From Cirrosporium novae-zelandiae (taxonomy: Eukaryota), in assembly GCA_026023565.1 (NCBI GenBank), contig JAPETS010000003.1, positions 992,001-1,056,000 of the forward strand: a stretch of 64,000 nt of DNA. The letters run 5' to 3'. Positions within the stretch are counted from its first letter, which is position 1. Each line of letters opens with the position of its first letter. Below are positions 35,176 through 50,248 of the stretch, in pieces. Both the position numbers and the translations under genes were made by a program. The notes below the pieces were generated by a model that was given only the letters and a program-made list of their open reading frames with translations, was not told the origin of the DNA and did no database searches.

Positions 35176-38100
35176 ATGGCACGATCATCACTCGCTCTGA
35201 TCTGCTCTTGCATCTTCGTTTCACTCGTTTCTTCTATGCGCTACGACGCCGATTGGGTCGACCACAACCTCAACACCAATCAATCTGCAACTCGTGTTTT
35301 AGACTATTGGGGAGAATGGGATAATCACAGTAATGATCCCTTCCAATGTTTGTCTGGTGTCCCAATTGACTCTTCAATCTAGCATATCACCCGTCCCCGA
35401 ACAATTGGCGTATGCCTTTTTATGGTTTTTTTATTGATAGATTTGTCAATGGTGATCCTACGAATGACAATGCAAATGATACGGCATGGGAACATGACTT
35501 GACGGGAACTCAACTTCGACATGGAGGAGATATCAAGGGCCTCCAAGATTCTTTGGATTACTTGGCAGGTATGGGCATTAAGGGTCTGTACTTGGCGGGA
35601 AGTCCTTTCATCAACAAACCATGGGCTTCAGATAGTTATAGCCCTGTCGACCTCACACTTCTGGATAAACATTTTGGCACCATTCAAGCTTGGAGGACCG
35701 CAATTAACGAAATCCACGCTCGAGGAATGTATGTCGTTATGGATAATACCATGGCTACTATGGGTGACTTGATTGGATTTGTAGGATATCTCAACACCAG
35801 TGCGCCCTTTAAGCCGAAGGAGCACAATGTTGTCTGGAAAACAACCAGAAGATATTTGGACTTCGAGTTTGGAATGGACTATATCGACAAATGTGATTAT
35901 CCAAGGTTTTATGGTGATGATGGTCTCCGACGATTTCCGAACGAAACCGACGACGTTATAGGATGCCGTGACAGCGAATTCGACCAATATGGAGAGATTG
36001 GTGCTTTTGACGATGGAACAGGTAAGCACCACTTGACTTCATATACCCTTCCATGAGTGAGTCTGGCTGACCTGCTCTGTAGAATGGAGACGTCAACTTT
36101 CCAAATTCGCCTATGTGCAGGATCGTCTACGTGAATGGCGGCCTGATGTTAGAGAACGAATTCAACATCTTTCCTGCATTCAAATTGCTATGCTTGATTT
36201 AGATGGCTTTCGAATGGACAAGGGTATTCAGATCACGGTGGATGCGCAAGGAGAGTTTGCTCATTTTATTCGATCGTGTGCTAAAAAGTTTGGCAAGGAG
36301 AACTTCTTCATCCCTGGTGAAATTGTGTCGGGCAATGCCCTCGGTGCTGTTTATGTTGGTCGAGGAAAGCAACCAGATATGGCTGTCACGAACCTCACGT
36401 CTGTCGTCACTGGTACCGGCGCTGCTGATCAGTCCAATAGTTCGTCTTTCATCCGAGATGCGGGGCAGCAGGCTTTTGACGGTGCTACATTCCACTACTC
36501 CATCTACCGATCTCTACTTAGATTCCTTGGAATCGACGGTAGTCTGGCCGCTGGATTCGATGTTCCCGTGAACTGGGTGGAAGGCTGGGAAGGAATCATG
36601 TCAACTAACGATATGGTGAATGCAATGACTGGTGAATTCGACCCTAGGCACATGTACGGAACCTCGAATCAAGATACGTTTCGTTGGCCGGGTATCAAGA
36701 ATGGCACAGCAAAACAAATCCTTGCTCATTTTGTGACAACTTTGATTATGCCCGGTATTCCTTTGCTCACTTGGGGTGAAGAACAGGCCTTCTATGTTTA
36801 CGATAACACAGCAGCCAATTATGTTTACGGTCGATCATCAATGTCGTCCGCCACTGCTTGGCAAGATCATGGTTGCTACAAGGTCGGCACTTCAAAATAC
36901 CACGACTTTCCAGCGGACAGCGCAACCAGAGGATGTCAGGATGATGGGGTCAGTTTTGACCACAGAGACCCATCCCATCCGGTTCGCAATATCCTGAAAA
37001 TTATGTATGAGATGCGCAACAACTATGCCGCATTGAATGATGGGTTCTATCTTCAGCAGCTTTCCAACAACACTTACGACGTTTTCCTTCCTGGGTCGAG
37101 CGGCGTGATTACTGAAACTGGTCTCTGGAGCAGTGTCCGTAAACTATGGCCAAACGCTCAGAACATGTCGAAATTTTCCGACATTTATAGTACCCAGGAC
37201 GTCTGGCTACTCTATACAAATGAGAATCGCACTCGCAACTATACTTTTGACTGCGCTGTCGACGGTGCTGGCTTGATTACCCCATATCCTGCAAATACGA
37301 CCGTCCAAAATCTGTTCTGGCCATGGGAACAATACACTACCGAAACTTCTGCGGAAAAGGTCAAGGGTATCAATGGCACATCTTCGAATAGTAGTTGCGT
37401 ATCATCCTTAAAGATGAAGCCGTGGGCTTATAAGGCATTGGTACCCGTGGATGATTGGATCCTGCCATCTCCAGTGATAACGGATTTTTTTCCGGGGCAT
37501 GATGCACGCATTGAATCTTCAGGAAATGGAACAATTGATATCAGGCTCTCGTTCTCTCAGGAGATGAGTTGCAGTCAGGTCACGAATGCAATTAGTATCT
37601 CGTCTACCACAGAAGGTAGCGCCAATGCTACACTGGATGAAAGTAGTGTTGTTTGTTCGACGGTTGATGATTCTGACATCGAGGAACCAACCTATATCGG
37701 CATGGTTGCTACGACTTGGACCTTTTCAGCGACATTGAAGAACGTTGATGATGGCGTTCATGTTGTGACTGTCAACAATGCCACTTCTAAAGGTGGCAGT
37801 AGCTTCACTGGCTCTGCCGACAATTTTATGCTCCGCATAGGACAGCTCGATAATCCTATGGTCTTCCCACGCTATGCAAACTACACAACTGGCTTGCTTC
37901 ACCAAGACTCCGCAACGGGCGAGCTGACGCTGTCCCACAAGGCTGCTGGCGCTGACAAGTTCCGATATTCTTTGAATTGGGGTTCCTCATGGTCAGACTG
38001 GCTAGAGTATACGGGCAAAAACATGACACTCGACAAACAACCTTGGTCTGGTACGAAGGATCAAGAATGGACAGGTCCGGAGCACGTCATTGTCAACTAT

Positions 38101-41100
38101 TGGAGTCAGATGACGGGCAGCAGCTCCCATGTTCAACAAGCTGATGCCGAAGGTTCCTCTCACTATCGACGAAGGTATCCTCATTTATTCATGCATGGCA
38201 AATATAATGAATTTGGTTACGATGCTGGGCTTCCGAACAAGATGGAACAGGACGGGGACAACGAATGGTATTTCAACTTTATGACCGAATGGCCGTCCTC
38301 GTTACAAGTGAACGGTTGGGGCGTGAATCCCGATGGTCAACCAGATCTCTCGGTTGCTTTTGGTGATGTTGACGGGGACAATATCTTGGACCGTCTAGCA
38401 CCGGACTCGCTGCTAGACAATGTTGTCAATTTTACAGGTTATCCTCCCGATGGATACGTTGCCTGGCGGATGAGAGTGAATGATGGCAGTCTTAGATACA
38501 CCATTACGCCTTTCGGATCTGCTAGTATTCAAATCACAACATACTTCTTGTTTTTCCTCCTGCCAATTACCACCGGGTTTCTTGGATGCTTTTTATACCT
38601 CAAAGCCTTTTATCAAGTGAAGCTTAACACTCTTGGCCTTAACGAAACCAAAGCAGGATTCGCGAAATTGGATGAAAAGATGGGACATGCTGGTGACTGG
38701 TTCACGAACAAAATTGCGGGAATCGTTGATGTCCCCAGCCAAATTTGCTCCTCTGTTTTCGCCGCTCGGGGGGCCCCGTCAAGCCGTCGCAGTGTTTTGA
38801 TAGCCACTATGGAATATGATATCCAGGACTGGGGTATAAAAATTAAAATCGGGGGTCTTGGTGTGATGGCACAACTGATGGGCAAAAACCTTCAACATCT
38901 AGACGTTGTCTGGGTTGTTCCGTGCGTTGGTGGGATTGACTATCCTCAAGTAAGCTGTCATTGACCCTATTAAATTCTCTTATTAACCCAGTCACAGGAT
39001 ACCCCAGCTGAACCAATGCTTGTCACTATCCTTGGAAAACCATACCCAATAAATGTTCAATATCACAAGCTTGACAATGTTACCTACCTGCTTCTGGATG
39101 CTCCTGTTTTCAGACAGCAATCCAAAGATAACCCATATCCTCCAAGAATGGATGATTTCGACAGCGCCATCTACTATTCTGCCTGGAACCAATGTATTGC
39201 CGAAGCCACCAAAAGATTCCATGTCGATTTGTACCACATTAACGATTATCATGGGTCTTTGGCGCCTCTTTATCTGCTCCCCCAAACTATCCCATGTTGT
39301 CTTTCACTCCACAATGCAGAATTCCAGGGCTTATGGCCGATGAGAACACAGACAGAATTCGAAGAAGTCTGTGGTCTATACAACTTGGACGGGGAAATTG
39401 TCAAGAAATACGTCCAGTTCGGGGGTAGGCTTTCTAGATTTTTTTAATTCTTAATAATATTAGGTCTATGCTAACATATTACCCTAGAGGTCTTTAACCT
39501 TCTACATGCAGGTGCCAGTTATTTGAGAGTACATCAGAAAGGATTTGGTGCCGTTGGTGTTTCCCAAAAGTATGGCAAGAGGTCTTTCGCTCGTTACCCC
39601 ATTTTCTGGGGCCTTAGCAAGATTGGTAGCTTGCCGAACCCTGATCCTACCGACACTGGAGACTTCGACAAAGAACTTGAGCCAAAAGCAGCGGACATCC
39701 ACGTTGACCAGGAATTTGAAGCAAAAAGAGGGCTGTTCAAACGCCAGGCCCAGGAATGGGCTGGCCTGGATCTTAATCCTGATGCCGACTTGTTTGTTTT
39801 CGTGGGGCGGTGGTCACTCCAAAAAGGGGTCGATTTAATTGCCGACGTTTTCCCCGCCGTTTTAGAGAAACATGCCAATGTCCAGTTGGTTTGTATCGGT
39901 CCTGTCATCGACTTGTACGGTAAATTTGCCGCCCGAAAGTTGGAAAAATTGATGAAGCTCTACCCGGGTAGGGTATTCTCCAAGCCCGAATTCACCAGTC
40001 TTCCCCCGGAAATTTTCAGCGGTGCCGAGTTTGCTTTGATTCCATCCAGAGATGAACCGTTTGGTTTGGTGGCATTAGAATTCGGAAGAAAGGGTGCTCT
40101 CGGTGTTGGTTCGCGAGTTGGTGGTCTAGGAACTCTACCTGGATGGTGGTATACTGTTGAATCTACCACCACCAAACATCTTCTCAAACAATTCAAATCA
40201 GCAATCGAGAGTGCCTTGGCTTCTACACCCGATACACGAGCAACCATGAGAGCTCACTCTGCGAAACAGCGATTCCCCGTCATGCAATGGAAGGCGGACT
40301 TGGAAAAACTTCAGTCAAGGTCGATTGAATACCATCACAGGCAAGAAATCAAACGTCAACAACGTGGTTACAGATCGGGCTGGCAAACTCCAGCGAGTGC
40401 CGCAACCACGGCACCTGGTTCTCCGTGGACCAGTCGTCCTGCGTCTCCAGCACGAACTATTGGAAGGACAGACTCTGATTTAGAAGTGGACCAGCCGCTG
40501 TCTATGGGCCTGAGAACCGGTCCCGGATATCAATCAGAGGAGCCAAAGAAAAGGTTCAAGATAAAAGATATTGCCCACAAAGCTTCCATGAAGAATCTAC
40601 GCGGCCGATCAAAGTCACGATCAAGACCGTCATCTCCCGCGTTGAAGATTTCTGCTCCTATCCCAATACCACAGAACGATTTTATGACCTTCACCCCACC
40701 TCAATATGAGTCGAATCCGGCGAGCGGACGATCAACTCCCAGAGACCGACCTACTACAGCTATGACTGGCTTTACTGAGTCATCTTACTACAGCCAAGGT
40801 GGAATGACAGCAGACCCAAATGAGACGGACGACGTTCCCGAACTACCCGATCTTGACGAATACTATCTTACCCCAGAACAAGTTGAACAGAGTAGGCGAA
40901 GTTGTCAAACCGCCCAGCGATATGACTTTTCTCGCCCTTCACGGACGAGATCCAACCTCGCTTATGCAGACTCACCGGCAATTGGCAGCAGTCCAAATAT
41001 TCCACTAATAAATGCCCCCTCTCCTAGTCCTGAACCCTGGCATCCTGCAGCAGCCACAGTCCCGCCTGTTCCTTCAATGCCTGGCCATTTAGCCGTCAAT

Positions 41101-42822
41101 TCACGAGCTGCGCAAATTGCACAGCTGAGAATATCCAGGGTTGGTGATATGGATTTGAACAAGAACAAGGATTACAGGCTCCAAAATGTCGATCCTTTCT
41201 TTACAGATGAGAAGGGAGAGTATTACGACAGGTTTGGTAAAAATCTAGAAAACCTCAATGGAAAGACTTCCGAGGGTTCATTATGTATTGAAGACTATCT
41301 CATGAAAAGCGAAAAGGATTGGTTCAATCGTTTCCATGATGCAAAAATGGGCGAAGGTATGGACGACAGCGATGATGACGGTCATATGAGCGAAACAGGA
41401 TCTATGACAGAATTTCATTTAAATCGTGACTATGTTCCACCGAGCGGTATCAGGAGATTGCTGCACAAGAAGTTTGGAGACTGGCCTATTTACGCTTTCA
41501 TGCTTGCATTTGGTCAAATTATCGCCGCCAACTCCTATCAAATTACCCTATTGACAGGAACAGTTGGTCAGACGGCTAGCAAGCTCTATGTTGTGTGTTC
41601 GATATATATGGTGTTTTCCGCCATCTGGTGGGCAATGTTCCGTACCTTCAAGTCACTTTATGTCATCAGTCTACCCTTTATTTTATATGGACTCGCCTTC
41701 TTCCTACTTGGCATCTCACCGTACGTGGACGAATCTGGTGGCAAGGAATGGATCCAGAATGTCGCCACGGGCCTATACGCCGCAGCTTCTGCCAGTGGCT
41801 CGTTCTTCTTTGCGCTCAATTTTGGAGCCGAAGGAAGCGCCCCTGTTCAATCCTGGAGTTTCCGAGCTTGCGTTATTCAGGGCACCCAGCAAATATATGT
41901 GGTGGCTCTTTGGTATTGGGGTGCCAAGTTGACCTCGTTGAGTAACAACGGTACATCGTCAAGCAGTCTCATTACCTACAGCTGGCCTCTTACCGCAATC
42001 ACCATACCAATTGCTATCATCCTCTGGATCGTGGGTCTCCTATTGTACCTTGGTCTTCCAGACTATTACCGCCAGGCCCCGGGTGCCGTTCCATCCTTCT
42101 ATTCGTCCATCCTCCGGAGGAAGGTAATTCTCGTAAGCCAGACCCTTCCCCCCACCCCTTTGAAAATCCCCTTAAACTAACAAACCGGCCAGTGGTTCTT
42201 CATCTCCGTCATCATCCAAAACTTCTTCCTGTCAACCAACTCCGGCCGCAGCTGGCTCTACCTCTGGTCCAGTAAGCACGCCCCCACCTGGGCCATCGTC
42301 CTGCTCGTAATTCTATTTTTCATCATCCTCTGGGCAGCCTTTCTCTACTTCTTCGGCCAACTCTCATTATCGCATTCGTGGATCCTCCCCATCTTCGCCG
42401 TCGGCCTCGGCGCCCCACGCTGGTGCCAGATGATCTGGGCCGTCAGTGGCATCGGGGCCTACATGTCCTGGACCGGCGGTCCCGTCAGCGGCGCTATCCT
42501 CGCGCGCATCCTGTGGCTCTGGCTCGGCCTCCTCGACGCCCTCCAGGGCGTCGGCCTCGGCATGATCCTCCTCCAAACCCTCACCAGATTTCACATCACC
42601 TTCACCCTCATCTGCGCACAGATCTTTGGTTCTGTCGCGACCATCGTCGCCAGAGCTTGTGCCCCCAACAAACTGGGTCCTGGGCCTGTCTTCCCCAACT
42701 TCGTCACCTCCGATGGTGCTGGCCTTGGCAATGGATGGTTCTGGTCTGGGCTCATTGCCCAGCTAATCGTGTCGGTTGGGTTTTTCAAATTTTTCCGGAA
42801 GGAACAGCTTTCGAAACCTTGA
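35176..42822 (+). CDS. AGS1: Cell-wall alpha-1,3-glucan synthase (Ags/Mok1): extracellular GH13 domain, TM, GT5-like synthase, multi-pass membrane domain; 6 exons
   Basis: DRFVNGDPTND, HGGDIKGL, DGFRMDKG, GEI, NQD; KIGGLGVMA, HINDYH, FVGRWSLQKG, SRDEPFGLV; C-terminus FFKFFRKEQLSKP. Introns 35330-35382, 36022-36082, 38950-38997, 39425-39487 and 42133-42192. Confidence 0.97.
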
Positions 42823-43970
42823 GACCAGCCAGGGAACGAAAGAGAACGAAAAAATAGAGAGGAAAGACTTAACGAAGCACCCTTTTTTTTATTTGATTTG
42901 ATTGGAGATTTATATATGGAAATTCTCTTTTTTAACTTACATTTTTTTTTAATTTACATACAACATGCATGCACACGCCCACGCACAGAGAAATGTATGT
43001 ACATATAAAACACAAATGAGCTTCCTTCCGGATCTACGAAGAAGGAGAAAAACAAAAGGCTCTGTTCCGTTCGATTCTTTCAAAAACTGCATTCATTTTT
43101 TAAACATGTTGGGACGTTCGGTGGGCTTGGTTTTTAACCTGATTGGCTTGGCTTGACGGTGACGGGTGTTGTCTTTTTTTTTTAGAATTTGTATACCACA
43201 CATATATAGAGTATCATTGGATACCGTACCTTACTTTACGTACTTAGACAAAGACTTTTTTAGAAACCTGATCAATCATTTGGATAAGACTAAAAGCTCC
43301 TGACATGTTCGTTTGTTAATGGAAATATATATTCACGCGTTCCTCACTCAATTCTCCCATAGGCAGTAAGTAACAAACATCTACCAAGGCATGCCAAGCC
43401 TCGTCAATGCGCTTGCGCCTAGGCGGTAATATATTTGCCGCACGGCACAGTGACAGGCTGTAACTTATGGAGAACACACTGCCTAGGTACATGCACCTAG
43501 GTTCGCATTCGACTTTTGCATCTTGCCTATATCATTCATAGTTAATTATCCATAACCACACGACTGCTATCTGAGGTTGTCCAAAACAAAAGTGTCTACT
43601 AATCAATTTTAGCGAACATGTTACGAGATGTTTGATTAGATCTTATATATCTGTCGATCAGACAAAGCGCCATCGAGTAGTTCATCATTTAGTTGCTTAA
43701 TTCTAGTTTCGGCGTATTTGGTTTTGGTGGTGGGCGTGGAAATGGGCATGATACATTTGGTCCGGAAATGGTCATAGGGTGTAAGCATTTCAGGGATGAG
43801 GAGAGTCAAGTCTGATGGGTCATGCCGATCGATACAACTGAAGATGATACGGTAGCACATGGTGCTCGATGGCTCTGTCCGAATGAGTTTTGTAGTGGCC
43901 GAATGGACGTAACTCGCCATGGATAGGAGCAGCGGAGGGAAGTAAAAAAAAAAATCGTGTGTAGATCTCA

Positions 43971-45530
43971 TCAAACAGCATCCATGCTGGCCCGCGTGGT
44001 CAACTGTTCGTTTTTATTCCCAAGTTTTGATATTTGGAGAAAAGCATCGGCGCCGTACCCCTCCAGGCTATGCAGCGCCAGACTTCCTGCCCAATACTCG
44101 GCGAAGATTCTGCTCAGGGGAAGCCCCATGCCGAGTCGCAGGTTTGGAGGTCGGAAAGTTAAGGAGCTCAGGGAGCTTTCTTTGTTGCTGGGAATTTGCT
44201 TGCTTGAGCTACTACTATTACTACTACTGCTGCTCCTGCCGTCTTTGTGTTTTGGGGGTGGGTTTCGGAGTTCTTGCATGGTTGCTGCCATTTTTGGGAC
44301 TTGAAGTAGATTCTTTAGGCGGGCTTGGCTCCTGGGACCTTTGCTGAACGACCAAAGGTATGGGAGAACGTCGTGTGGGACGCCTCCGCCTTGGTCTGAA
44401 ACTCTTATAATGACGTGCTGGGGAGCTTCGCAGATCAGAACTTCTATGGGAGGGATTTCTCCAGAATATACATCTTGGCGTTCGATCAGGGCTTGGATGG
44501 AATTTCTCAAAAGCTCTCCGATGATATATTCTAAATGGCTGAGGATATATGGGAAGGTTGCGTCGAGATGTCCTCGAATATTGATCTGGGGGATAGGGGT
44601 CTTGGAGCCAAACGCGTGTCGAGCTAAATCCTGTGCAAGTTTTCCGCAATGCTCAACCACTTCCTTTGCGCTGCATCTAAGGAAGACTTCGCCGACGAAA
44701 TCTGTGTTTGCTTCGTTTTGGTGCTGAGCATTCGGGAAATGCCAGGGGGAGTGGAATGTTTCGGTAAGGGAGAGATGCTGTTCAGCTATGACGCGGCGAG
44801 AAATGCGCTGATAGTCAAGTTAGTAAAAGCGAACGGAGGATATAAGGTCGCTTTCATGTACCGAGCGAAGCATAGTATTGATAAATTTGTCCATTCCTTC
44901 TGGGTCCATCAATCCCTGGCATTCGATGACTCCCACGGCAAGGCTTGGGATCACCGTCAAATGCTCTCGTAATGTTTTATTGATAATATCACAAAAGTCA
45001 TCATTGTCTTCGATGGTTCTGATATCCTTTACCTTCCGGAATGCTTCAAAGGCCTTGTGGTAGAGGTCGTACACGTGGGACATATGCTTGTTTGTTACCA
45101 CGACGTAAGGTAGGGTCTGCATATCACGGAGGCGATGGGCTATTCTTAACCATAGTTAGATTCGCGTTCAAAGAGAGTAAAAAAATATAAACAAGCATCA
45201 TAACGTCGAGGCAACCTGGGTTCTTTACCGCGTGGGCAGTTCAGTGCGGACATAGTTAGCAGAACTGAGCAATCGATGCTCGGTCAACGTTCGACCAAAA
45301 AATGTCAATTGGCGCAAACTTATGGGCCTGGCTTCTCTTTGAACCCATCTGAAGAATATATTAGACTAATAATCGTGGTAGTATAATAATAGGACATACT
45401 GATCAAGCACCGAAGCTTGTCCCCAGGCCGGGGAGGTGGCCGCCCCGCGATTCCAGCATTGTGGGATGGAGGTAGGTTGCAGAGATGGCCGTTTCACACT
45501 GGCTCTACCTCTAAAGCGCAAAAGTTGCAT
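43971..45530 (-). CDS. Mitochondrial BCKDH/pyruvate dehydrogenase kinase family protein (GHKL fold), multi-exon
   Basis: Arg-rich presequence MQLLRFRGRAS; EARPISLRQL, ELPTR|IAHRLRDMQTLPY, ISRRVIAEQH, ELLRNS, RVSDQGGG, GMGLPLSRIFAEYWAGSL and LEGYGAD. Confidence 0.9.
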
Positions 45531-46298
45531 TTCACAGTGGCCATCCGATAACAAACAAAGAAGGATAGATAGATTATATTGTGAACAAGATAGGTGATAA
45601 TGATTCACTTGGTATGATTACTTCCATCACTATTTGTTGGTGGGGTTAGGATTTCCTTTCAGGTTAATAAGAGGTTCGGAGCCAAAAGAGCCAAAGACAC
45701 CGATCGCACGCCGTCTAAGCCGACCAAGGCCAATAACAGCGGTGACTGCGGGTGAAGGAACGCCCCTAATACCTGGCCGGCCTGGGTGCCCGGTTAACCT
45801 GGAAAATGGAACTGGAATACACTTATTATCAATATTCTCAATATTCTCTTCTGGCCTTCTCAATCTTCACAATATTCCTTGTCTAGCCTGAACCAATAGT
45901 TTTGTCTTCCAGACATTCTTATTCTTTTGCGCATCAAGTTGGTGAATTTGAAAGCCACTCAATTACGCTATATAAAAGTTTGGCCCAGTGTGCTTTCCTG
46001 ACGTTCCCTTCCTTGTTGCCCTTTCCGCAATCCGCAGTCTGCAGTCCGCGATCCTCAAAGAAACCACTTTTTGCGTAAACCATCTTCTGTCCGACGATTC
46101 GTCAACGTGACACCTAACAACGTTGAAACTCACAAAGCAGATTCTTCTATCAGGACCCATCTCTATCAAATCCATAGCTCCCCGCAAGGTTCAGCATACC
46201 CGCAGTTATATCATTTCTTTGCCAACCCACCGTGGCTTTCTGAAGCCCAGTAACCTAGCTGCTGGACAGCTTTCCAGGCTGCCACTTTAAGACGAGGA

Positions 46299-49200
46299 AT
46301 GGATCCTGTGAGCTTCTCCGATCCATCATCTTCCTGACATACTTTGCTGTAAAGGATGTTACTGACCTGGGAATTCCTATGGTCATTATAGCAGCTAGCA
46401 GGAGGCGAAATGCTTGTAGACGAATATGGCCAATATGAAAAGCAGGATGTGGCAATAATATCCCCAGACGATTCCTTAGACGAGCAAGAGCCTACACCTC
46501 GCGCAGATGACTGTATGGATAACCCCCTCTGATGTTCCTGATTGCTGAATCCCAGATTGTATTTTGCGCCACCATTGTTTGTGTTATCGATATGGATAAT
46601 CGAACACAATCGCACTTTTCCAACTTTTTTAAACGCCACACTTCTCTAAGCAACACTTTATATATAACATAACGGGTCATATTTATAATGAGTCTATGCT
46701 AACTAGTTGGTGCAATGTCTAGTCGATGCCATGAGGGAGCATGTCCTACCCAAATTCCCAGATCTAGAAACCGAAGCCGAGACCGAACACACATGGCATA
46801 TCGAGAATTGGAGAAGCCTCCCTAGAAAGGAACATGGTCCGACATTCGAGTGTGGAGGCTCCCCATGGTTCGTTACCCCACATCGAACTTACAGAGACAC
46901 CACAATATTCATACATCGTTAATAGGAGGGTCCTTTTCTTTCCATACGGCAACAACGTGGAGTACGCCTCGTTTTATCTCGAACAAGGCTTCGAAGACAA
47001 GCCGCCCGAGAAGTGGTATGCCTGCGTTCAATTTGCTCTAGTTCTTTGGAACCCTGAGGACCCTACCATATATGCCCACCATAGTAAGGTTATTCCCTCG
47101 GATACATTTCAAATATGCCTAGCTAAATTTTATCATAGCTGCAAGTCATCGATTCAATATTGAGGAAGGGGATTGGGGTTTTACAAGATTTGTAGAATTG
47201 CGGAAGATATTCAATGCACCATGGGAGGACCGAGAGCGCCCTATGGTGGAAAACGATTCTTGCAATTTGACAGCATATGTACGTGTGGTGAAGGACCCAA
47301 CTGGCGTCCTATGGCACAATTTCATCAACTACGACTCCAAAGCGGAGACGGGAATGATCGGCCTCAAAAACCAGGGCGCAACATGTTACCTGAACTCATT
47401 ACTCCAATCACTCTACTTCACCAATGCGTTTCGAAAGGCTGTTTATCAAATCCCCACTGACGAGGAGCAAGAACGTGCAAATAGCGCATGGACCTTGCAA
47501 CGGTTATTCTATCAACTACAAACCTCCGACCAGGCGCTATCTACGCAGGAGCTTACGGCATCCTTCGGCTGGGATAGCCGACACATCTTTGAGCAACAAG
47601 ATGTTCAAGAACTCTCTCGAGTTTTGATGGAGAAGCTTGAAGAGCGCATGAAGGGCACAATGGCCGAGAATGCGCTGACGAAATTATTCGTGGGAAAGAT
47701 GAAAACTTACATATCTTGTATAAATGTTCCATATGAATCTTCTAGAGTAGAAGATTTCTGGGATATACAGTTGAACGTCCGAGGTAATAAAACCTTAGAC
47801 GACAGCTTCAAAGACTATGTACAGGTCGAAACCATGGATGGCGACAACAAATACCAAACCGATACATATGGCTACCAGGAAGCAAGGAAGGGCGTTATTT
47901 TTGAAAGCTTTCCCCAGGTCCTCAACCTCCAGCTGAAACGTTTTGAATATGACATAAATCGTGATGCCATGATGAAAGTTAACGATCGGTACGAGTTTCC
48001 CGAAGAATTTGATGCCTCTCCATATCTCTCTGAAGATGCCGACAAGTCTGAACCATGGATTTATCAACTTCATGGAGTTCTCGTTCATAGTGGCGACCTG
48101 AACGCTGGCCATTATTATGCCTTTTTGCGACCCGTGAAGGATGGACATTTCTTTAAGTTTGACGACGATCGGGTGACGAGGGCAACAACCAAGGAAGCTT
48201 TGGAAGAAAATTTTGGAGGGGAATATTCACCTACGCCGAATGGAAATACCCTAAAGGTCAACCCTTACACTCGAACATCGTCCACGAAGAGGTCTATGAG
48301 CGCCTATATGTTGGTATATATCCGCAAGTCAAGGGTTGACAACGTCCTGTGCGAAGTGAAGGATGAGGATATACCTCACCATATAGGGCAGCGTTTGGCA
48401 GATGAGCGTGCAGAATTCCAACGTCGACGCAAGGAACGGGAGGAAGCCCATCTCTACCTCAACGTCGGTGTCGTGTCCGAAGAGATCTTCCAAGCGCATC
48501 AAGGGTTCGATCTCTCGGCAAATGAGAGTGATCCCGAGAATCCAGCAGCGCCGAAGATGTATCGTACTCTCCGGGCCACTAAGATCTCCGAATTTTTACA
48601 AAAATTGGCTGAAGAACGTAAGGTGGATGTTGACCAAGTCCGTTTATGGGTGATGGTCAATCGACAAAATAAGACTACGAGACCTGATCAACCTCTCACG
48701 GAATTATCACTTACCGTTGAAGAAGTTTGGAGTAAATGGGGATCTAAGGGAAATCCTTTCCGACTCTGGCTTGAGGTTATAAACAAGTCGGAAGACGGGA
48801 CTGTTGTATGGCCTGACGTTCAGATCAACCAGAACAGCCATGTCCCGGTTTTACTTTTCTTGAAGCATTTTGATACTGAGGCCCAGACGCTTCTAGGCGT
48901 TGGGCATATCTATGCCCGAAAACATTCCAAGGTTATGGATCTTATACCAAACATTTGTGAAATGATGAAATGGCCTGCAGGAACTCATGTGGAACTCTTC
49001 GAGGAAATAAAATATTCTATGATCGAACCAATGAAGCCAAAGGCAACGCTTCAGCAATCCGAAATCCAGGATGGTGACATAGTGTGCTTCCAACAGTCGT
49101 TGACTGAGCAAGAAACGACTGCATTTGCCGTGCAAGAGAAAATGACTAATCCTAGAGAATTTTATGATTGGATGCTTAATAGGACCTTTGTTCGATTTGT

Positions 49201-50248
49201 TCCAAAATTGGAAGGAGAGGATATCACAATCCCACTAAGCAAGAAGATGACCTATGAGGAAATATGCGACGAAGTTGGCAAGCATCTCAAATGCGATCCA
49301 ACTCATTTACGTTTCTGGACAATCAGCAACTCCACGAACAAGCCGAGAGGCCCAGTAAAGCGTTCTGCCAATCAAACCTTATCCCATATTTTATATCCAT
49401 CATCTTACTCATATGGCTCATACGCCAATCAACGCTCTGATGCTTTGTTCTATGAGATCCTCGAGTTACCGTTAATTGAATACGAAACAAAGAAATTGCT
49501 TAGAGTGATTTGGCTTAGCGAAGGTATTACAAAAGAGGTAAGTAATGAATGGAGACGGAGTCAGTCCATTAACTCTGCTGATACTATATAGGACACATAT
49601 GAGGCTCTTGTTGCTAAGAATGGCACTATTGGCGAGATACTACCTACACTCAAGAGGAAGGCCAACCTTGACGACGAAACGATAGACAAGGTACGGATCT
49701 TCGAGGTACATGGCGGCAAGGTATACAAAGAGTTACCCGGAAGTTTCAATGTTTCCGGTGTAACCGAATATGTGACGCTATATGCTGAGGCAACCCCTGA
49801 GGAAGAACAAAAACCAGGGGAAAATGATCGACCAATATTTGCCTACCACTTTGAAAAAGAACCTAATAAGCCACATGGTGTTCCTTTCAAGTTCCTAATG
49901 AAACCGGTGAGTTCAAATTCTTGAAATTTACTGATGATAAGCTAATAATCAACTTAGAATGAACCTTTCAAGGAGACGAAGGAGAGGCTATCCAAACGCA
50001 CTGGCATCAAGGGCAAACCTTTTGAGAAGATAAAGTTTGCTGCTATTCAACGTGCGGCATTCTCGAAGCCTATATACTTAAATGATGGTAAGTCTATGAT
50101 ACTGAGATGGCGAAATAAACTTAGGCTAAAGAAATTCTTAGATGATATCCTCTTTGACATAGTTCAAGGACCCGAGGACCTCCTGGGTCTAGATCATGTA
50201 AATAAGAACAACTTTTGGAACAAGACCGACTCGATCTTCATTAGATAA
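46299..50248 (+). CDS. UBP15: Ubiquitin-specific protease Ubp15/USP7 (MATH + USP + UBL repeats), multi-exon
   Basis: MATH (HTWHIENW...DWGF), Cys box GLKNQGATCYLNSLLQ, QQDVQE, His box VHSGDLNAGHY and FDDDRV; C-terminus GLDHVNK...SIFIR*. Confidence 0.95.

Noticed and set aside
46513..46722. Long UBP15 intron as a snoRNA host or stwintron
   Set aside because: No paired C/D or H/ACA boxes; simple splicing already gives the expected DDFDAM junction.
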